In this document: positions 13,471 to 27,414 of the stretch, piece after piece
How the letters are laid out: the number at the start of each line of letters is the position of its first letter
Numbering within the stretch: position 1 is the first letter of the stretch
Assembly (NCBI GenBank): GCA_028534125.1
Contig: CM052832.1
Coordinates: 11,966,001 to 12,030,000 of the forward strand
Direction: 5' to 3'
DNA length: 64,000 nucleotides
DNA from: Lama glama
Taxonomy: Eukaryota
The notes under the pieces: generated by a model
What the model saw: the letters and a program-made list of their open reading frames with translations, nothing else
The model's database searches: none
Told to the model about the DNA's origin: nothing
Position numbers and translations under genes: made by a program

Positions 13471-16400
13471 GCTAGTATCAGATCTTCATACCTGTATCTC
13501 TTATCTATGTCAGTGGAGTTCAGTTGTGCTTAGCTCGCTTCGTTTCAACGTAATACTTGTTTATTGAATGCTGTCCTTGTGGGACATTAGGGAGAAAGAC
13601 CTAGCCACTGCCCTCCAAGAATTTGTGTTTTGGCTCATTTTTAGCTAATTGTTATTTACTTAAAAAAACTATTCCCATCAATGTTTGCTCATTTCTCTTC
13701 AAATTGCTTCTCAATAAAGTGCAACAAGTCAGAGATCATCTATATCAGTGTTTTCATCTTTTTGTTTAAAAACAAAAGCCTCCTTTTGATAAATTTAAAT
13801 ATTTCATCACTTGTTTCCACTTCTTAAATTTTTTTGAAATATTTATATAAAAGATAAATCAATTCTTGTTTTAAAAGAAGGAAACACTCCAGAAGTATGT
13901 TGAGTTTAAACATAAACCTTTCCATTCACTCCCTTCTGCCCCCTCCCCCCACCCTCTCCCTGTAGATTATACTGTTAACAGTTGATGTATGGCCTTGCAG
14001 TCTTTTTTTCCTGTATGTATTTACTTAATTAGTTCAGTCAAGTGCCTTCTTAAATATGTATATACACACACACTCACATATATTTATATTTACATAATTA
14101 GATCCTATTGGACTGAAGGCCTGCTCTCTTCACTGTGTTTTAGAGATTCAGATCAGTTCCATTCTCATTAATGGCTGCATTGTATGAAGGCATTGTAATT
14201 TATTTCTAAATTTTGCCATCTTGATGAATATTTAATCCCCCTGCCCCAGCTTTTTGCTATTACAAGCAGTGCTAAAATTAATTATCCTGGAAACACAATT
14301 GCTGGATTATAGAAAATGTATATTTAAAAATTTGACAGATTGTGCTAAACTAACCTCCAAAAAGCTAAACCAGTTTATACTTCCAACAGTAATATGAGAT
14401 CATTGTTTCCTACATGTATGACTTAGTTGTAAAGATTTTGAACTTGAAGGGACCACAGAATGTGTCCTCACCCCTTTTCTAAGGTAGAAAAATGAATCCC
14501 AAGGACTTGAAATAATTTGCCCAGATCTTACCCAGCAGAACTGTAAGTACTTCTCAGTCTCTGATCTTTGTTCCTATGAAAGCATCTTGGCTTAGACACA
14601 TTTTACAGTGCAAGATTCTACCGTACTGTTTACCTGTTTCTATCTCTTCTCTGTTGTTACTCAAAACAAACTTCCATTTTAGTTTCACATTTTCTGACAG
14701 TGCTCTGTGACTCCTACCTTTGCCATCTTGTCTGCATGGAACATCTTTCATTTAATATCCTTAAAACAGCTGCCTTCTTCCATTATTTAAACACCTCCTT
14801 ATCCATAGGGTATAATGGGTTACTTTACCTCTAGATACAACACAGAAAAGGAAGTATTTTATGAATCTTCCTCATCAGCAGCTGACCCCACCCCTCTTGG
14901 CCAAATAAAACATATGCTTCTTCTTTTATAAACTTGGAGAAGGAAATAGACTGCAGGCATTTGTCTATTACAGCACTTCTACTACATTTGATTGTTTTAT
15001 GTTTGTCAAATGATGTGATGGCATTTCAGCTAAATGAACTCCAACTTAATAACATTAAAAATTTTATTAATAACAATTTTTCTCTCTTAGAAATAACCTT
15101 GACAAAGCAGTCTGCTTATAAAGTATAAATAGTCTCCTCTGCTTGTGTCAGTGTATTTATTCCTGAGGTGTCTGCATTGTAGGCTTGTTTCTCTTATAAA
15201 GGCATGGTCTCGGTATCTTTTCTTGATGGGCTATGAGAATTTGTGTCAGTGACATCCCAAGTTGGTGCTGTACCTGAGTTGATCACATATCAAGATAATG
15301 ACTAGGTAAAGAATCAACCCATAAAATTCTAGGGAACAGAGATCAACCTTGATGCATATTTTGATCATGATAAAAGAGATAGAATTCAGTATTAGATGTG
15401 AATAAATTTGGTCCGTGAATTTTGTTCAGAACTGAGGACAGCAGTCTAATCATAAGCTCATCAATTATTCAGTAGCATCTTGAGGGTATTAGTGCACAGA
15501 ATACAGAGAACCCATCCACTGCCCTTTAGAGGCTTTGTTCTAAAACAGAAGAAAAAAAACATACATTATTCTCTTTTTTAATGGTTTTTACTTTCCCACA
15601 ATGTAAGTGAAGTTTGTATGTTCACCAGAAGAGTGCACATATAGGCAGGCCACATATTTGCTTATTTGTGGGAGGATATGGAAGATTTGGGATAAGACTA
15701 AGTTTGAAACGTGAAAGGATAACAGTTTTAAAGGAAAGGTCCATTTTCCTAATCCTAAGAGACATGGACTTCTTGAACTTTTCGCCCAAGTGTTTTGTTC
15801 CTAAAATGAAAGTTATTTGCTTGACATGTGCTGTTTATCCCCTTATTCTGATGTTCACACTATAGATTTGGATTTGGCTATAGATTTGGTCTTAGCCATT
15901 GAGGGTCAGTGGCTCTCATTTTGGACAGTAACTGCTAGACTACATGAGGATAATTATCTTTGAGTTTTCTTCTTCTTTCTTTTCTATTGAGTAGAGAATG
16001 GTATGTTGGAGGAATAAAAACAATGCTCATAAAACCAAAGGGAAGAGATTATATAGGGGAAAAAAGAACAAAAGGAGACTAGTATAATTTGTGAACACTT
16101 CCTTTAGGTTATGTTCTAGAATAGCAACAAATAAATTTATAAAATAAGATTTTAGGTGAACTGATTTCTCAGAGTTGACCTTTTTTATTTCACAATTTCA
16201 CAGAAAGTAGCCAAGATAGTGGGGTTTACAAACTGCATCAGAGTATGCTCAGTGGAATATTTTTATAACATCTACAAATGAAAAGCCAATTTCCTTTACA
16301 CAGACAGTAATGCAAATGTTCACAGTAGTTTTGCTGCAAAGAAATTAAACTGTTGTAATTGATGATTCCACTGCTTTAATGGGAGTTCATGCTATAATAA

Positions 16401-17954
16401 CCTTTATTAATTAGGAAAATATCATATAATTTAAATCTGGGCAAGAATATTACAGACTTGTAAGTTGCCACTGAAGAAATTAAAAAGAAATGGCTGTCCT
16501 GTATTTTCAAATATTATTACAACTAATAACCTCTGCACTCATCATGAATTTTTCATTGGTTTTTGGCTTTTGGTGCGTGTATTTTTCTGCTCCTAGCGTA
16601 CAGTTCATATAGTTTTCAATAGGCTTGGGACCAGCAAGGCTGATAACCCAAAAAAGGATCATTAGATAAAATTGAGCTCTAGAAAGGATAGCCACTTGTT
16701 AGAGTTACAGGGAGTCTGTGCCTTATAGGGGATTACACAGGGGAACAAACAGGAGCTGGGAGACCAGGGGTAGGTTGGTGTCTGAATGATGTAGGTCCTT
16801 GGGCAATAGGTTAATAAAATCTGGTGGTAAGTTTCTGTACCTTATCCCTTTCTGAAGCATAAGCTCAAGAAGGTTATGCTATAGGGAACAAAGAAGCAGC
16901 AGCAAGCTTTAGTATTTGGGGAAACTTTAAAACATAATATAATGATACTCACTTGGGTCATTTGATATTTATTTTGTTGTAGGATACCCGATTTGAATGC
17001 TTTTGTTTGTTTGAAGGTGTTTGCGAAAGATTGTTTTAATTAGAGATTAGATCCAGAGAAACTGAAGAAGGATTGAATTGGATAGAAAATAAAAACAATG
17101 CTGCAAATTACATATTGGTCTGTTTTTGCCTTGGGAGTCTCGGATATTTTGTGATTGAATAATAGAGTAGCTTTTCCCAGCCACTGTAGAATAAGATGTC
17201 ATTGCCAAACTGAGGCAGGAGCATTGCCTACTCTAGGAAAATACTTCTCACAAGATGGCCTAAGGCCGCTGGTGAGCCCTCATCAAAAAATACTGGGAGA
17301 TGTCAGGCGATCTCAGGGTCTTTCATTTGTATGTGTACTTTGGCAGCGTACTAATTATCATATGAAGCATTAAGGATATGTAAAATGTGGCATTCATAAA
17401 TCCATATTAGCACAATACTAGAGTTTATAAAGGATTCTGATTTAGTTATCTGCTAAGAAGTCTGGCTACTGTGAAACCTGTAGCAGCATTGCAAAGCTTT
17501 TATTCCACATATGAATGGGCATAAATTAGAATTATTTTACATTTTTGAAAGATATGTATCAGCATTATGTAGAGTTGGTTGTGCTTTTTAGTTGTTTCTA
17601 TTTTTTTTAATTACAGATTGCTATTTTGCTTTATCTTCATCAATTTAATTTGTTACAGGTTGTTCAGTTAACCCTATAGTGTATATTTGTATTAATACTC
17701 TTAATCTGTAATTTTTCAGTAGCTAGTTTACATTGTAGTTAAAATGTGAAGTATTCTCCCCATATTAACAAAGCAAATGTATTTGTAATCTCCAAAAGTT
17801 GAAATGAAAAGTGGCACGTCATTTTTATCGCCCATGGCATATTTTATCTGGTCTGCATAGGTTGAGTGAAAAAAGTTGGAAAACTGCTGGTCTGAGAAAC
17901 AAATTGGCTGGACTAGGAGTCAGTCAGAATCATTTATGATTTTCTCCATATTAC

Positions 17955-18190
17955 TACAGCATAGCTCTTATAAGTTCAGGACCTTGACAGATCTTGGTTT
18001 AAATCTATTTATTATCTGTGTCCTTGGACAAGTTGCCTAATCTTGTCTGCCTCTCTATTTCCTATCTTCAAAATAGGACAAAAATCTACCTACGTAATCT
18101 AGTTCTTTGAATATTAGGTAAGATGGTGTATGTAAAATGCTTGGAGCTCTGCTTGGCTGGTTAAGCCCTCAATAATAGTAACCATTATTA
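17955..18190 (+). mobile_element. MIR SINE
   Basis: ctgtgtccttggacaagttgcctaatc...gtatgtaaaatgcttgg...ctcaataatag. Confidence 0.65.
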
Positions 18191-18385
18191 TCAGGTGAGA
18201 AGTACTTTCTGTGTCCCTATGGTTATTTTGCTATTAGATTGTAATTTTGTTTTAAGCTTCTTTCTGGGTTAAAACGTCCAACCAATATTTATCATTCAAT
18301 ATATGTTTTAATGCCTTTCTTATAGAGGTTCATTGTTAATAATAATGTATGTTTCATAATCTTGACAATTTCAAATTTGGGGGTC

Positions 18386-18617
18386 ACTTTTTACTGAAAT
18401 GTGTTTGATATATAACTGTAAATTTAAGGTGTACAACATGTTAATTTGCTACATTTATATATTGTAATGTTGTCATTGTACAATAATTAGCATCTCTATC
18501 ATGTTACATAATTATTTCTTTTTAGTGGTTGGAATAATTAATTTCTAGTCTTAGCAAGTTTGATGATTATAACGTGTTTATATTCACTATACTGTGCATT
18601 AGCTCTTTAGGACTTAC
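18386..18617 (-). mobile_element. L1 3' end (L1MA-like)
   Basis: Reverse-strand L1 3' UTR motifs (aaatttaaggtgtacaacatg...ctatactgtgcattagctc...gactta). Confidence 0.7.
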
Positions 18618-20622
18618 TGGGGGAGGGGACACTTTTGTGTGAAATCTGATCACTAGGAGTAGAGTTGTCACAATGGCCATTTTCTTGTCTGCTTGTGTTG
18701 GCAATGCTACATTATCTTCAATCAGTGGCTTCCTTAGAAGAACCTTTTAAAATTCACTTGTCATTTTATGAGGAGTAATTTAATTTAATTTACCTTTGGT
18801 AAATTCAAGTAAACTGGCCTTAGTAAACCTGATACTTCCCTTTAATAAAAGAGAACACCACCTTCAGCTCAGCTTCTTTGTGGAATTCCCAGCCTTCTCT
18901 CAAGACCCTACTTATCTTATGAGACAAGTGACTGTTTTTGACATGTGGATCATGAGGGAAAGGCAATGTTCATCCACATATTAAATATTACAAAAGCTTA
19001 TATTTTCTCATTTTTCTAGGTTAAAAATACATAGCAATTGAAGTGTTAAGATTTTCTTCCCAAATTCTTGTGCTTTCTATTCCACTCTTCCTAGGATGTG
19101 ATTACCCCATTTTAGACAGCAAGTAACTAATTATTTGAATATTAACTCTTATTCTGATACAGGGGTATAATAGATAATTTTCTGAGTTCTTGTTCATTTA
19201 ATGTTCTGTTTAGCAAAGATATAGTCATTTTGGTATGGTACTTATGGAAAATAGCTGTATCTGACTTTCTCCAAATCATAAAATCATGGCCTGCTGGTTC
19301 TAGAATTGACATTATTTGTCATCTGTTCCGACCGTCCTCAGTGGACAGTGAGTTCTTCAAAGGTAGCAACTTTATCTTTTATTAATCTTTATATTTCTGT
19401 CATCTAGCACTGGGCCTGCATCATAGAGCTCAACAAATCTCTTATCAAATAAATTATATACAGATTCAGAAACTAATTGTCTCTTGGCAAAGAAGTGGAG
19501 AATCAACATAATGATTGGTAAATGGAGTTACAGACACTCTGTAAAGTAATCTCATCAAATATTTGTATAGTGCATTTCCTTGGTGTTCCAAGCTGAGCAT
19601 ATCTATAAGCATTTATTTACAGATATAAAATCATAGAATGACAAGAATTTGGAACTGGACTGGACGTTTGAATTCATTTAATCTTTCCCAAAGAAAGACA
19701 TTTCAGGAATCCCAAGACCAGAAAATACCCCTGAACTCCAGTCATGTTTCTCACTGTAGCACTTTTCTGCCCAGTGATATTACTGTTCTGCAAGATTTAG
19801 AATTGGATTGTAGAATATCAGAATCAAGGTTACACCTAACAGTATGGTTAGTCTTCATCTGTTTATTCAGACTTTTGGATGACAATAGGGGAGTATATAT
19901 CAAAAGAAGTGAGGGATCCTTCCCATGAGAAAGTAGAAAGTGATTTTTTTTTTTTTCTGAGTGTTTAAGATGCAGACAGGACATCATTATCTCCCCAAGC
20001 GGTATTAATTTAAAGTTTAAGGAATACTACTTCAAATTATACACCTCATGGGTACCAAGAGCAGAAAGAAATTGCTAAACCATATGCTTGTAAATGCCAT
20101 CTCTTTCCCCAAGAGAAAGATCATTCATATTTTGCAATTAAAGAGCAGAAGGTCTTTTTTCACATAAAGTTCTTTCAGGAAATATGCAAGGCAGAGAGGG
20201 CTTCCCAGGGAAGATTTATACAGCATTCAAGGACTCATTGGTGTCTCCACCTGGTGGAACTTTGCTCTTTGTCTATGTCCTGATTAAACTCTGGAGAGTG
20301 TACTTTAGTTCTGAAAAATGTGGTAAGCCCTTGTCAAAGAAAAATTTGTAAACAGTTCTGCTGGAAGTGAACTTTAAGTAAAGAAATTGATATTTAGGTT
20401 AACTTGGTTTTTTCAAACTCCTTAAGAGGCAATTGTAACATTATAACATTGTGAACTACATGTGGTGCTCTCACTTTATTGATGGATATTGTTTATTTTG
20501 GTTAGAGCAATGGGTGTGAGTTTCTTACTGCATAATAAACAGTCAGTAACCCTGAGAATTTAGTACTGCTGCTTTAGTCTTCTGTTTTTCCTGATGCATT
20601 TGAATCCAAGAGAATTAACTAA

Positions 20623-20623
<1 letters not shown>

Positions 20624-20659
<36 letters not shown>

Positions 20660-20671
20660 GACACACACACA
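20624..20671. repeat. (CA)n / (GACA) microsatellite
   Basis: Read directly from the sequence. Confidence 0.95.
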
Positions 20672-21279
20672 GTGCAGTTTCAGTACCACCATATCTGGTA
20701 AATAAATTCATAGGAAGTCTAGAATCCTCAACTGAAAATTATATATGATAATAATGAACGGTACCATTCCCTCTCTTAGTGTAGGTCCCTGCTCCCCCTG
20801 CCTTCCTACTCTTCTCCTTTCTCTTGCCTTGAAGGAACAGCTTGAGTGAATAGATTGCCTTTGCCCTATCCTGTCAATGTCAGCAAGTTTAGACTCTGGG
20901 ACTGTCAACAGGAGCAACTCTCAGAGCACTGTTTGCATCTGAGAAAATCTGCTGTAAGTTTAGGAAGTCTTACTGAAAATCTCTAAGGTGAAGATTTTAC
21001 TTGTGATGTGTCAGATAGAGTGTCCTAGTAGGCCATGCTACCCAGGTATCTGATATTCGTTGCTTTTTGCCTGTCTTAGTGTAATGAACTTTTTGTCCTT
21101 GCCTTTAAGTTGTTAATTAATTTTTATCTGTGGAGACAACACGTAGTCCCTCTGCTTACCATTCTGTCTTGGTCACTAAATCAGGTCCTGCTGGATGTGG
21201 CGATTTAAAACACTTGCTGTCTTATATACAAATTGATTTTTTTTTTGTTATTTTATTTTGTAATTTTAGTGACCAGTGT

Positions 21280-23420
21280 TATGAAATAGTTGTATATAGT
21301 TTTATTACAAATAAAGCATGCTTGTTACGAAAATTTTAAACATTGCAGAAATTTGTAGTGCACTACGTAAAAATTTTTCCTACAACCCTAATCCATTGGG
21401 TTAACCCCTTGTTAACAATTTGGTTTTTACTTTTTATTTATTTAACAAAGTGAGACTTTATTATAATATTATTGTACAGCCTTTTTGCATGTAAAGACAT
21501 GTTTAAGATTTTTTTCAATGTCAATAAAGTAACTTTATTCTTTTTAAATCATTATTATCATATTGCATTGTGTAGGCTTACCATTATTTGTTTATCCAAT
21601 TCCCATTAAATGGACATTTCAGGGTTTAAATTTTTTTTTATTTTCTTTTCTTTTTTTTAAAGTGTTACAGAAAGTGCTGAAGATCCAACTTTTTTCATAA
21701 TGACTGGCCAACATTTTTAATTGAAGAAAACCAATATTTTCTCTCACTGAATTGAAATGCTACATTTATATATACTATACTGAGTTCCTATGTATATTTG
21801 GCTTTATTTCTAGACTAATATGTCTCAGTGATCTGTCTCTCAAACATGACATTGTTTTAATTGCTCTAGTTTATGATTTGCTTTCTCATTCAGTAAACTG
21901 TCCCCCTCTCATTGTTCTTTTTCAGAATATATATGAAATCTCATGTTTATTCTTTCAAGTGAATTTTATCCCAATTTACTTTAAAAACTCTGTTGTGATT
22001 CTGATCAGGATTAATTTAATTCCTGTATTTAGAACTGTCTCTCTCAACTTAAAAATCCTCTTGATAAATACGAAATTCTCGTTTCTCATTCTTAGTTTTC
22101 TAATATGTCTGCCCGTTTTTCAGATTGATTGTTTTTTAACTGTATAACCCTGCCAAGCATGTTTTGTTGAATTTTGCTTTCTTTTACTAAGGCATTGTTT
22201 TTGTTCACAGTATGAAGTACAGTAAAATATCAAACATGCTTTTTTCATATGGTGATTTAGAGATGATTGGTCTCTTAACAACATTGGCTCTATCTCCAAT
22301 GTATATCTCTTCATTTATTTTTCATAAATCCCTCAACAGAGTTTTGTAATTTCCTTTACATGCTCTATGAGTTTATTCCTAGGTATTACATGTGTTTTGC
22401 AATTATAAATTGCAGTTCTTTTCCCTCATACATTCTAGCTGATCGTTTTGGATATGAAAGGATACTACATATTTTCATTTATAGTTGACCCTTGAACAAC
22501 GCAGGGATTGGGGCACCTACCCTCTGCACAGTTGAAAATTCAGATATAACTTAGAGTCAGCTGTCCGTATCTGAGGTTCCTCTGTATCTCCAGTTCCTCC
22601 ACATCTGAGATTCTAACCAACCGTGGATTGTGTAGTACTGTGGCATTTACGATTGAAAGAAATGTACATCTAAGTGGAACTACACGGTTCAAGCCCATGT
22701 TCAAGGGTCAGCTGTAATAATTTTGTGTGATTATCTTAGTGGACCTATCTTATTTTCTCATATTTTTTCAATTGATTCTCATGGATTTTTCATGTGGCAA
22801 TCAGATTATCAGCAAATAGCGATTATTTCCCTATTTGTTTCCTAATCCATTTCCCTTTAACTTGGTTTTCTTAGTTGCATTGTCTTTTGTTTCTAAAAGA
22901 TGATAATAGTTACGAATTGAAATTCTTGTCTTATTTTTGAACTTTCTAGGAATGTTTTAGTGTTTTATTAACTAGATGCTTCTGTCTATTATAGATAGCT
23001 ATGTATATATGTAACAAGTTAAGGAAGTATTCTTTTATTCCTATTCAATTAAAACTTTCCAGATAAGCTTGTTAATGATTGTTTAAAAAGGGATTTTAGC
23101 GTTTATTGAGCTAAGTATATGATTTTTTTCTCCTTTAACCCTTTAATTTGATGACAGTTATTTTTCCTAATATTCATATGCCCTTCTAGGAATTGATCAA
23201 CTTTGTCATGAATCTTTCTGCTTAATTCTATTTTCCAATATTTACATAGCTTTTTTTTTCATTTATACTGATTTTTGAGTGAATGAGTATGGTCACATCT
23301 TCATGTCAGGGTTATATTGGCTTCATAAGAAGCAGGAAACTTTGTTTCTCATGTGCACAGGAATAGTTTAAATCACATTGTAATTATCTGATCCTTGAAG
23401 TTTTAAAGAAACCTGTTCAT
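21280..23420 (-). mobile_element. Old fragmented L1 (L1M/L1ME), interrupted by a Tigger2-type MITE
   Basis: T-rich with degenerate L1 motifs (ttatccaattcccattaaatggacattt; tttattcctaggtatt; aagttaaggaagtattcttttattcct; ttatattggcttcataa). Confidence 0.7.
22482..22714. mobile_element. Tigger2-derived MITE (MER8/Tigger2a-like)
   Basis: TIRs tagttgacccttgaaca ... tgttcaagggtcagctg, flanked by TA on both sides. Confidence 0.85.
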
Positions 23421-23589
23421 GAAATTTTTGAATCTGGCATATTGGGAGGTCAGGGGTCAGGAATACATTTGGGCAGATGGGGTAGGTTATTTTCTTAGTA
23501 TCCCTTTCTCTTATCTAAATCTGAGATTTATATGTGTCAGGTTTTTAGGGTTCTTGTTTTCAGTGCTTTTGCTAACCTTATTAGATATT

Positions 23590-24105
23590 CTGGTTGTTTC
23601 TGGAACTACACGGGAAAGAGAACATAACAGGACTGAATCACTATCTTTAGAAAGGTTTGCTTGCAAGGTTGACCCTTGCTTGTCTGGCATCTGGGAGCTT
23701 AGATTTTAGAAGGCTTTCTGCCATTAATTGGCTCACTTAAACTGCTTATACAAATAGTATGGCTTCTGTTGAACATTGCTTTCTTCAAGAGTCTGGAATT
23801 TGGATATATGCCAGGCAAGGGCTGCCTATGCAAACAGCCCTCATTAAACACCCTGGGCATTGAGTCCCTAACAGGCTTCCTGGTTGACAACATTTAAATG
23901 TGCTGTCACAACTTGCTAGGGGAATTAAGCACACTTGATGTAACTCCATTGGGAGAGGACCCTTGGAAGCTTGTGTCTGGTTTGCCCAACACTTTGCCCT
24001 TTGTGCTTTTTGAAAACCTTTGCTCATTTTGCTTTGATTCTTTTGCTATAATAAATCACAGTCGAGTCCAGCTATATGCTGTCATGAGAGTCCTTTTCAT
24101 ATGAC
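23590..24105 (+). mobile_element. Solo ERV LTR (MER21-like)
   Basis: Motifs gcttgcaaggttgacccttg, gagtctggaatttgg, gggaattaagcac, gggagaggacccttggaagcttg and ctataataaatcacag. Confidence 0.7.
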
Positions 24106-24855
24106 AGGACTAAACAGTGGTATTAAAAGGCAGTGGAAGAGTCGTAAAATATAATTTTAAGAATGTAATGTAACTTTATCATTATAGCTATGGAAATAAT
24201 CTCATGGAAATTAGAGCATTTGTCAAAGTCTTTAGTGGCTGAATAATAAATTTTAAAGCTTACGAAACAAGTCAATAAATAGTTTTACTCATGTACTTTA
24301 CATTTTTTTCCCCAGTTTTATTTATTAAATTAAAATTGATGGTTTAAAATTTTAACTTTATTGATGTGTGGTTTCTAAAACGTGCTTTTTTCTTAGTTTC
24401 CTAAACTGTTTATTAAAACATTAAAATTTTTCATAAAAGTTTATCTGTAAAGAGTGTTAGCTTTCAGATAGACTGGCCAGCCAAATTAAAAACACAAGAT
24501 TTTAAAGGAAAAAATTCAAAAGTTGCCAAGGTCACCAAATCAACTGTTTATAATAGAAAACAGTGACAACCACATGAGAATCATATTCACAAAGGTCACA
24601 TCAGATTTTAAAATATGCTTTTTTAATGCAAGTAGATGGACCCAAACTATCATTTAGTTGAAAAGCTAGGGCATAAGATAAAGATATTTTCTGCATACAT
24701 GCTGCGGCATTGAAAACTTTGTTAGCACCTTTTGCCTCTTTGTGGTAAGATTAAAAATGGAGTCATATCTTAAATGAATTTTCTTAGCAGCTGTTTTGTT
24801 TATATACTTATGCTCCCGAATAGGGGATGTGAATCTAAAACAGCAGAGTGTAAAT

Positions 24856-25021
24856 CAGTGGCTGTTTTCTAGTCTTCTCATTAGAATCGCTTCAGAATAA
24901 GTGATTCCACATTCCAGACCAGTTAAATCAATTTCTGATGAGTGGGGCTCAAGCATCTTTTTTCTTTTTTTGAGCTCCTCGTGTGATTCCAATGTGTGCC
25001 AAGCTCATTGAGAATCACTGG
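24856..25021. mobile_element. MER5-family element (MER5B-like)
   Basis: cattagaatc...ccagaccagttaaatcaatttctg...gtgattccaatgtg...ttgagaatcactg. Confidence 0.65.
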
Positions 25022-25664
25022 TCTAATTAAAATTATTTCTCTGTGCCAATAAAAATTGTGTTTATTCCACACTACATGACTATTTTGTATTCTCAACAAC
25101 ATTCACTTTATGTCTCCAGTTGGAAAAGTGTAATCAGAATGTAAATTTAGCAAAATGAAATTGTGTATCTGAAAAAAAGTGCAGATATGGAGAACCTATT
25201 AAGATACATATTTATATGTGTAGTATTAATGTTATGTATCAGTTGAAGAATTAGAAATTTACCATTGAACTAGTTAACCAAAAATCTCATTGTCCATCAA
25301 GAGTCATTAGTTAATAATTTGAGTCTTACTCATGTTCTGGATAAAATTTTAAGACAGTATGATACCAGGGAACATATTCAGTGTGTATATGCATTGCATC
25401 CTTTCAGCCAGGGAAATTGTTTATTTTGTTTGGAGTCATGCACCATCATTGAAGTATTGGATAGTGACGTGAGAGTTCATGTTGAAGGAGAATGGGATTT
25501 TGAAATCACGTACCAGTAGCTTTCAGAATTTCATGGCTTACATAGGAAATGACATGTTATTTTGAACATCATTTGGGTAACCCAGCCAGAAACCAGAACA
25601 AAAAGCAAAACCAGTCTGACCCTTAGTGCCTAGAGTACAGTTAATCCCTGATCATATGTTAGAG

Positions 25665-25862
25665 CAGGGATGGCAAACTATAGCCTGAGGGTTAAATCTA
25701 GCCCTTTTCTATAGTTTTTTGGGAACAAAGCCATGCTCATTTATTTACTTATTGTCTGTGGCTGTTTTTTTAGGCTCCCAGCGAGAGTTGAATAGTTATG
25801 ACAGAGACCGTATAGCTTGCTTGCTCTCACGTGCTCTCTCTCTCTCTACACGCGCGCGCGCT

Positions 25863-25893
<31 letters not shown>

Positions 25894-25927
25894 TCCAATC
25901 CTTTGCAGAAAGTTTGCCAGTCCATTG
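25665..25927. mobile_element. MER58A-like hAT element with an internal compound microsatellite
   Basis: cagggatggcaaactatagcc...gagttgaatagttatgacagagaccgtat...ctttgcagaaagtttgcc. Confidence 0.75.
25834..25893. repeat. Compound (CT)n-(CG)n-(CA)n microsatellite
   Basis: Read directly from the sequence. Confidence 0.95.
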
Positions 25928-27414
25928 TTAGACTGTTGTATCACACATTAGATGAGAGTTTCTCGTGACCTGCTGACACTCCTAAATGCATCCTCTTAAG
26001 CTGAATTTGGTCTTTCACACACAGGTGACTGGAGATGATTCAGTTTTTAGGGCTTTCAAATGCAGTTTGCAGTTGAGGGAGAGGGATTTGCTTGGCAATG
26101 AGAGGAGAATGCTGGTAGCTCTCTGATGGTTGTACTGTAGGGGGCCAGGAACTTGTTTACTTACCTCAGGTGAGTGTCTCCTGGCCTGACTCACCTTCCA
26201 TGTTCCTTTACATTGTATTCCCTGCTGTTGCTCCCTCGGTTGGGGTGGGAGTGGAATAGCGGGGAACTGAGGAGACTGGACCGTGAGGGAGTAAAGACAG
26301 TTTTCACATACCTTGTTAATAATGGATCTGGATGTCAAAGTTTAAAGATTAGGACAACTTAACCTTTAATCCTGGTACCAGTGAAGAATTCAAGGTGTGG
26401 AGGTCTAGTGAAAAGAGCATATCTGTCTCAATTCCCTCAGTTTCTGGTGCAATGAAAGGGTAGCTGGGTCATGTATCTTCACTTCAGGCACCTGCATGCT
26501 AGTCGGGGCTCTCATCCACTTGCTGGGTTACTTACACCTGAAAAAGTACTACCGCAAATGCAGTAGAGATTTAAGAATATCAACATTTTTAGCTTTCAAA
26601 GAACATAACTCCTCTTTCTAACATGTGAATCCTGTTAATCAAGTTTTAGCCCTTTGATTTTCAGTTACCTTTGTAGAAAGGCATTGCATACAAAATGAGA
26701 TTAATTTGAGGATGTTCTGGTAAACAAAGGCAACCTGATCATTAGAGCTGCAAGTTTGGATACAGCCTTGAGAAAATTATTGGGGTTATTCTTTCTTTGA
26801 GGGGGCTTAGAATACTTACTATAAAATTTCATTAATAAGTGTCCAGTTACTTTTGCAACTTCAGAAGATTAAATTTTTTAATAAAATATTTAAGATGATT
26901 TCAGACCAAAACCTCTGAAATTATTTGAAATCTGATGATTTAGTTTATTCTGTTTCTGATTTAGTTCTAGATCTAGGCTGAATGAGTTTTCTACTGGGTC
27001 TAGTTAGTTATACCCACCTTATTAAATATATCCACGCTAAAAAAAGAGCTCTTCTAGTTGTTGATTTTCCTTTTCCTGAGATACTGAAAAATAAGGGACC
27101 TGTATTTTGGGCACAGTTTTCTGGTTTGTGATGGCTCCAAGTGCTGTTAGTGTTTGAAGACCCTCACTTTCCCAGTGTGATAAGATAGTGAAGATAGTGG
27201 AGTTAATGGAAAAAGGCTGAATTACTTCCCAGAATAAATGGGTTAATATAGATACCAGTAATGATGAAATCTCTCTTTTATGACTTTTTTTTAAAAAGCA
27301 CTTTAAATTTTAACTTCTGTTTCTGGTATGACTTTTGACATGTACTTCTCTACCCTCACTAACTCTCACCCCTTCTTTGTACAATAGATCTGCGACTATN
27401 NNNNNNNNNNNNNN

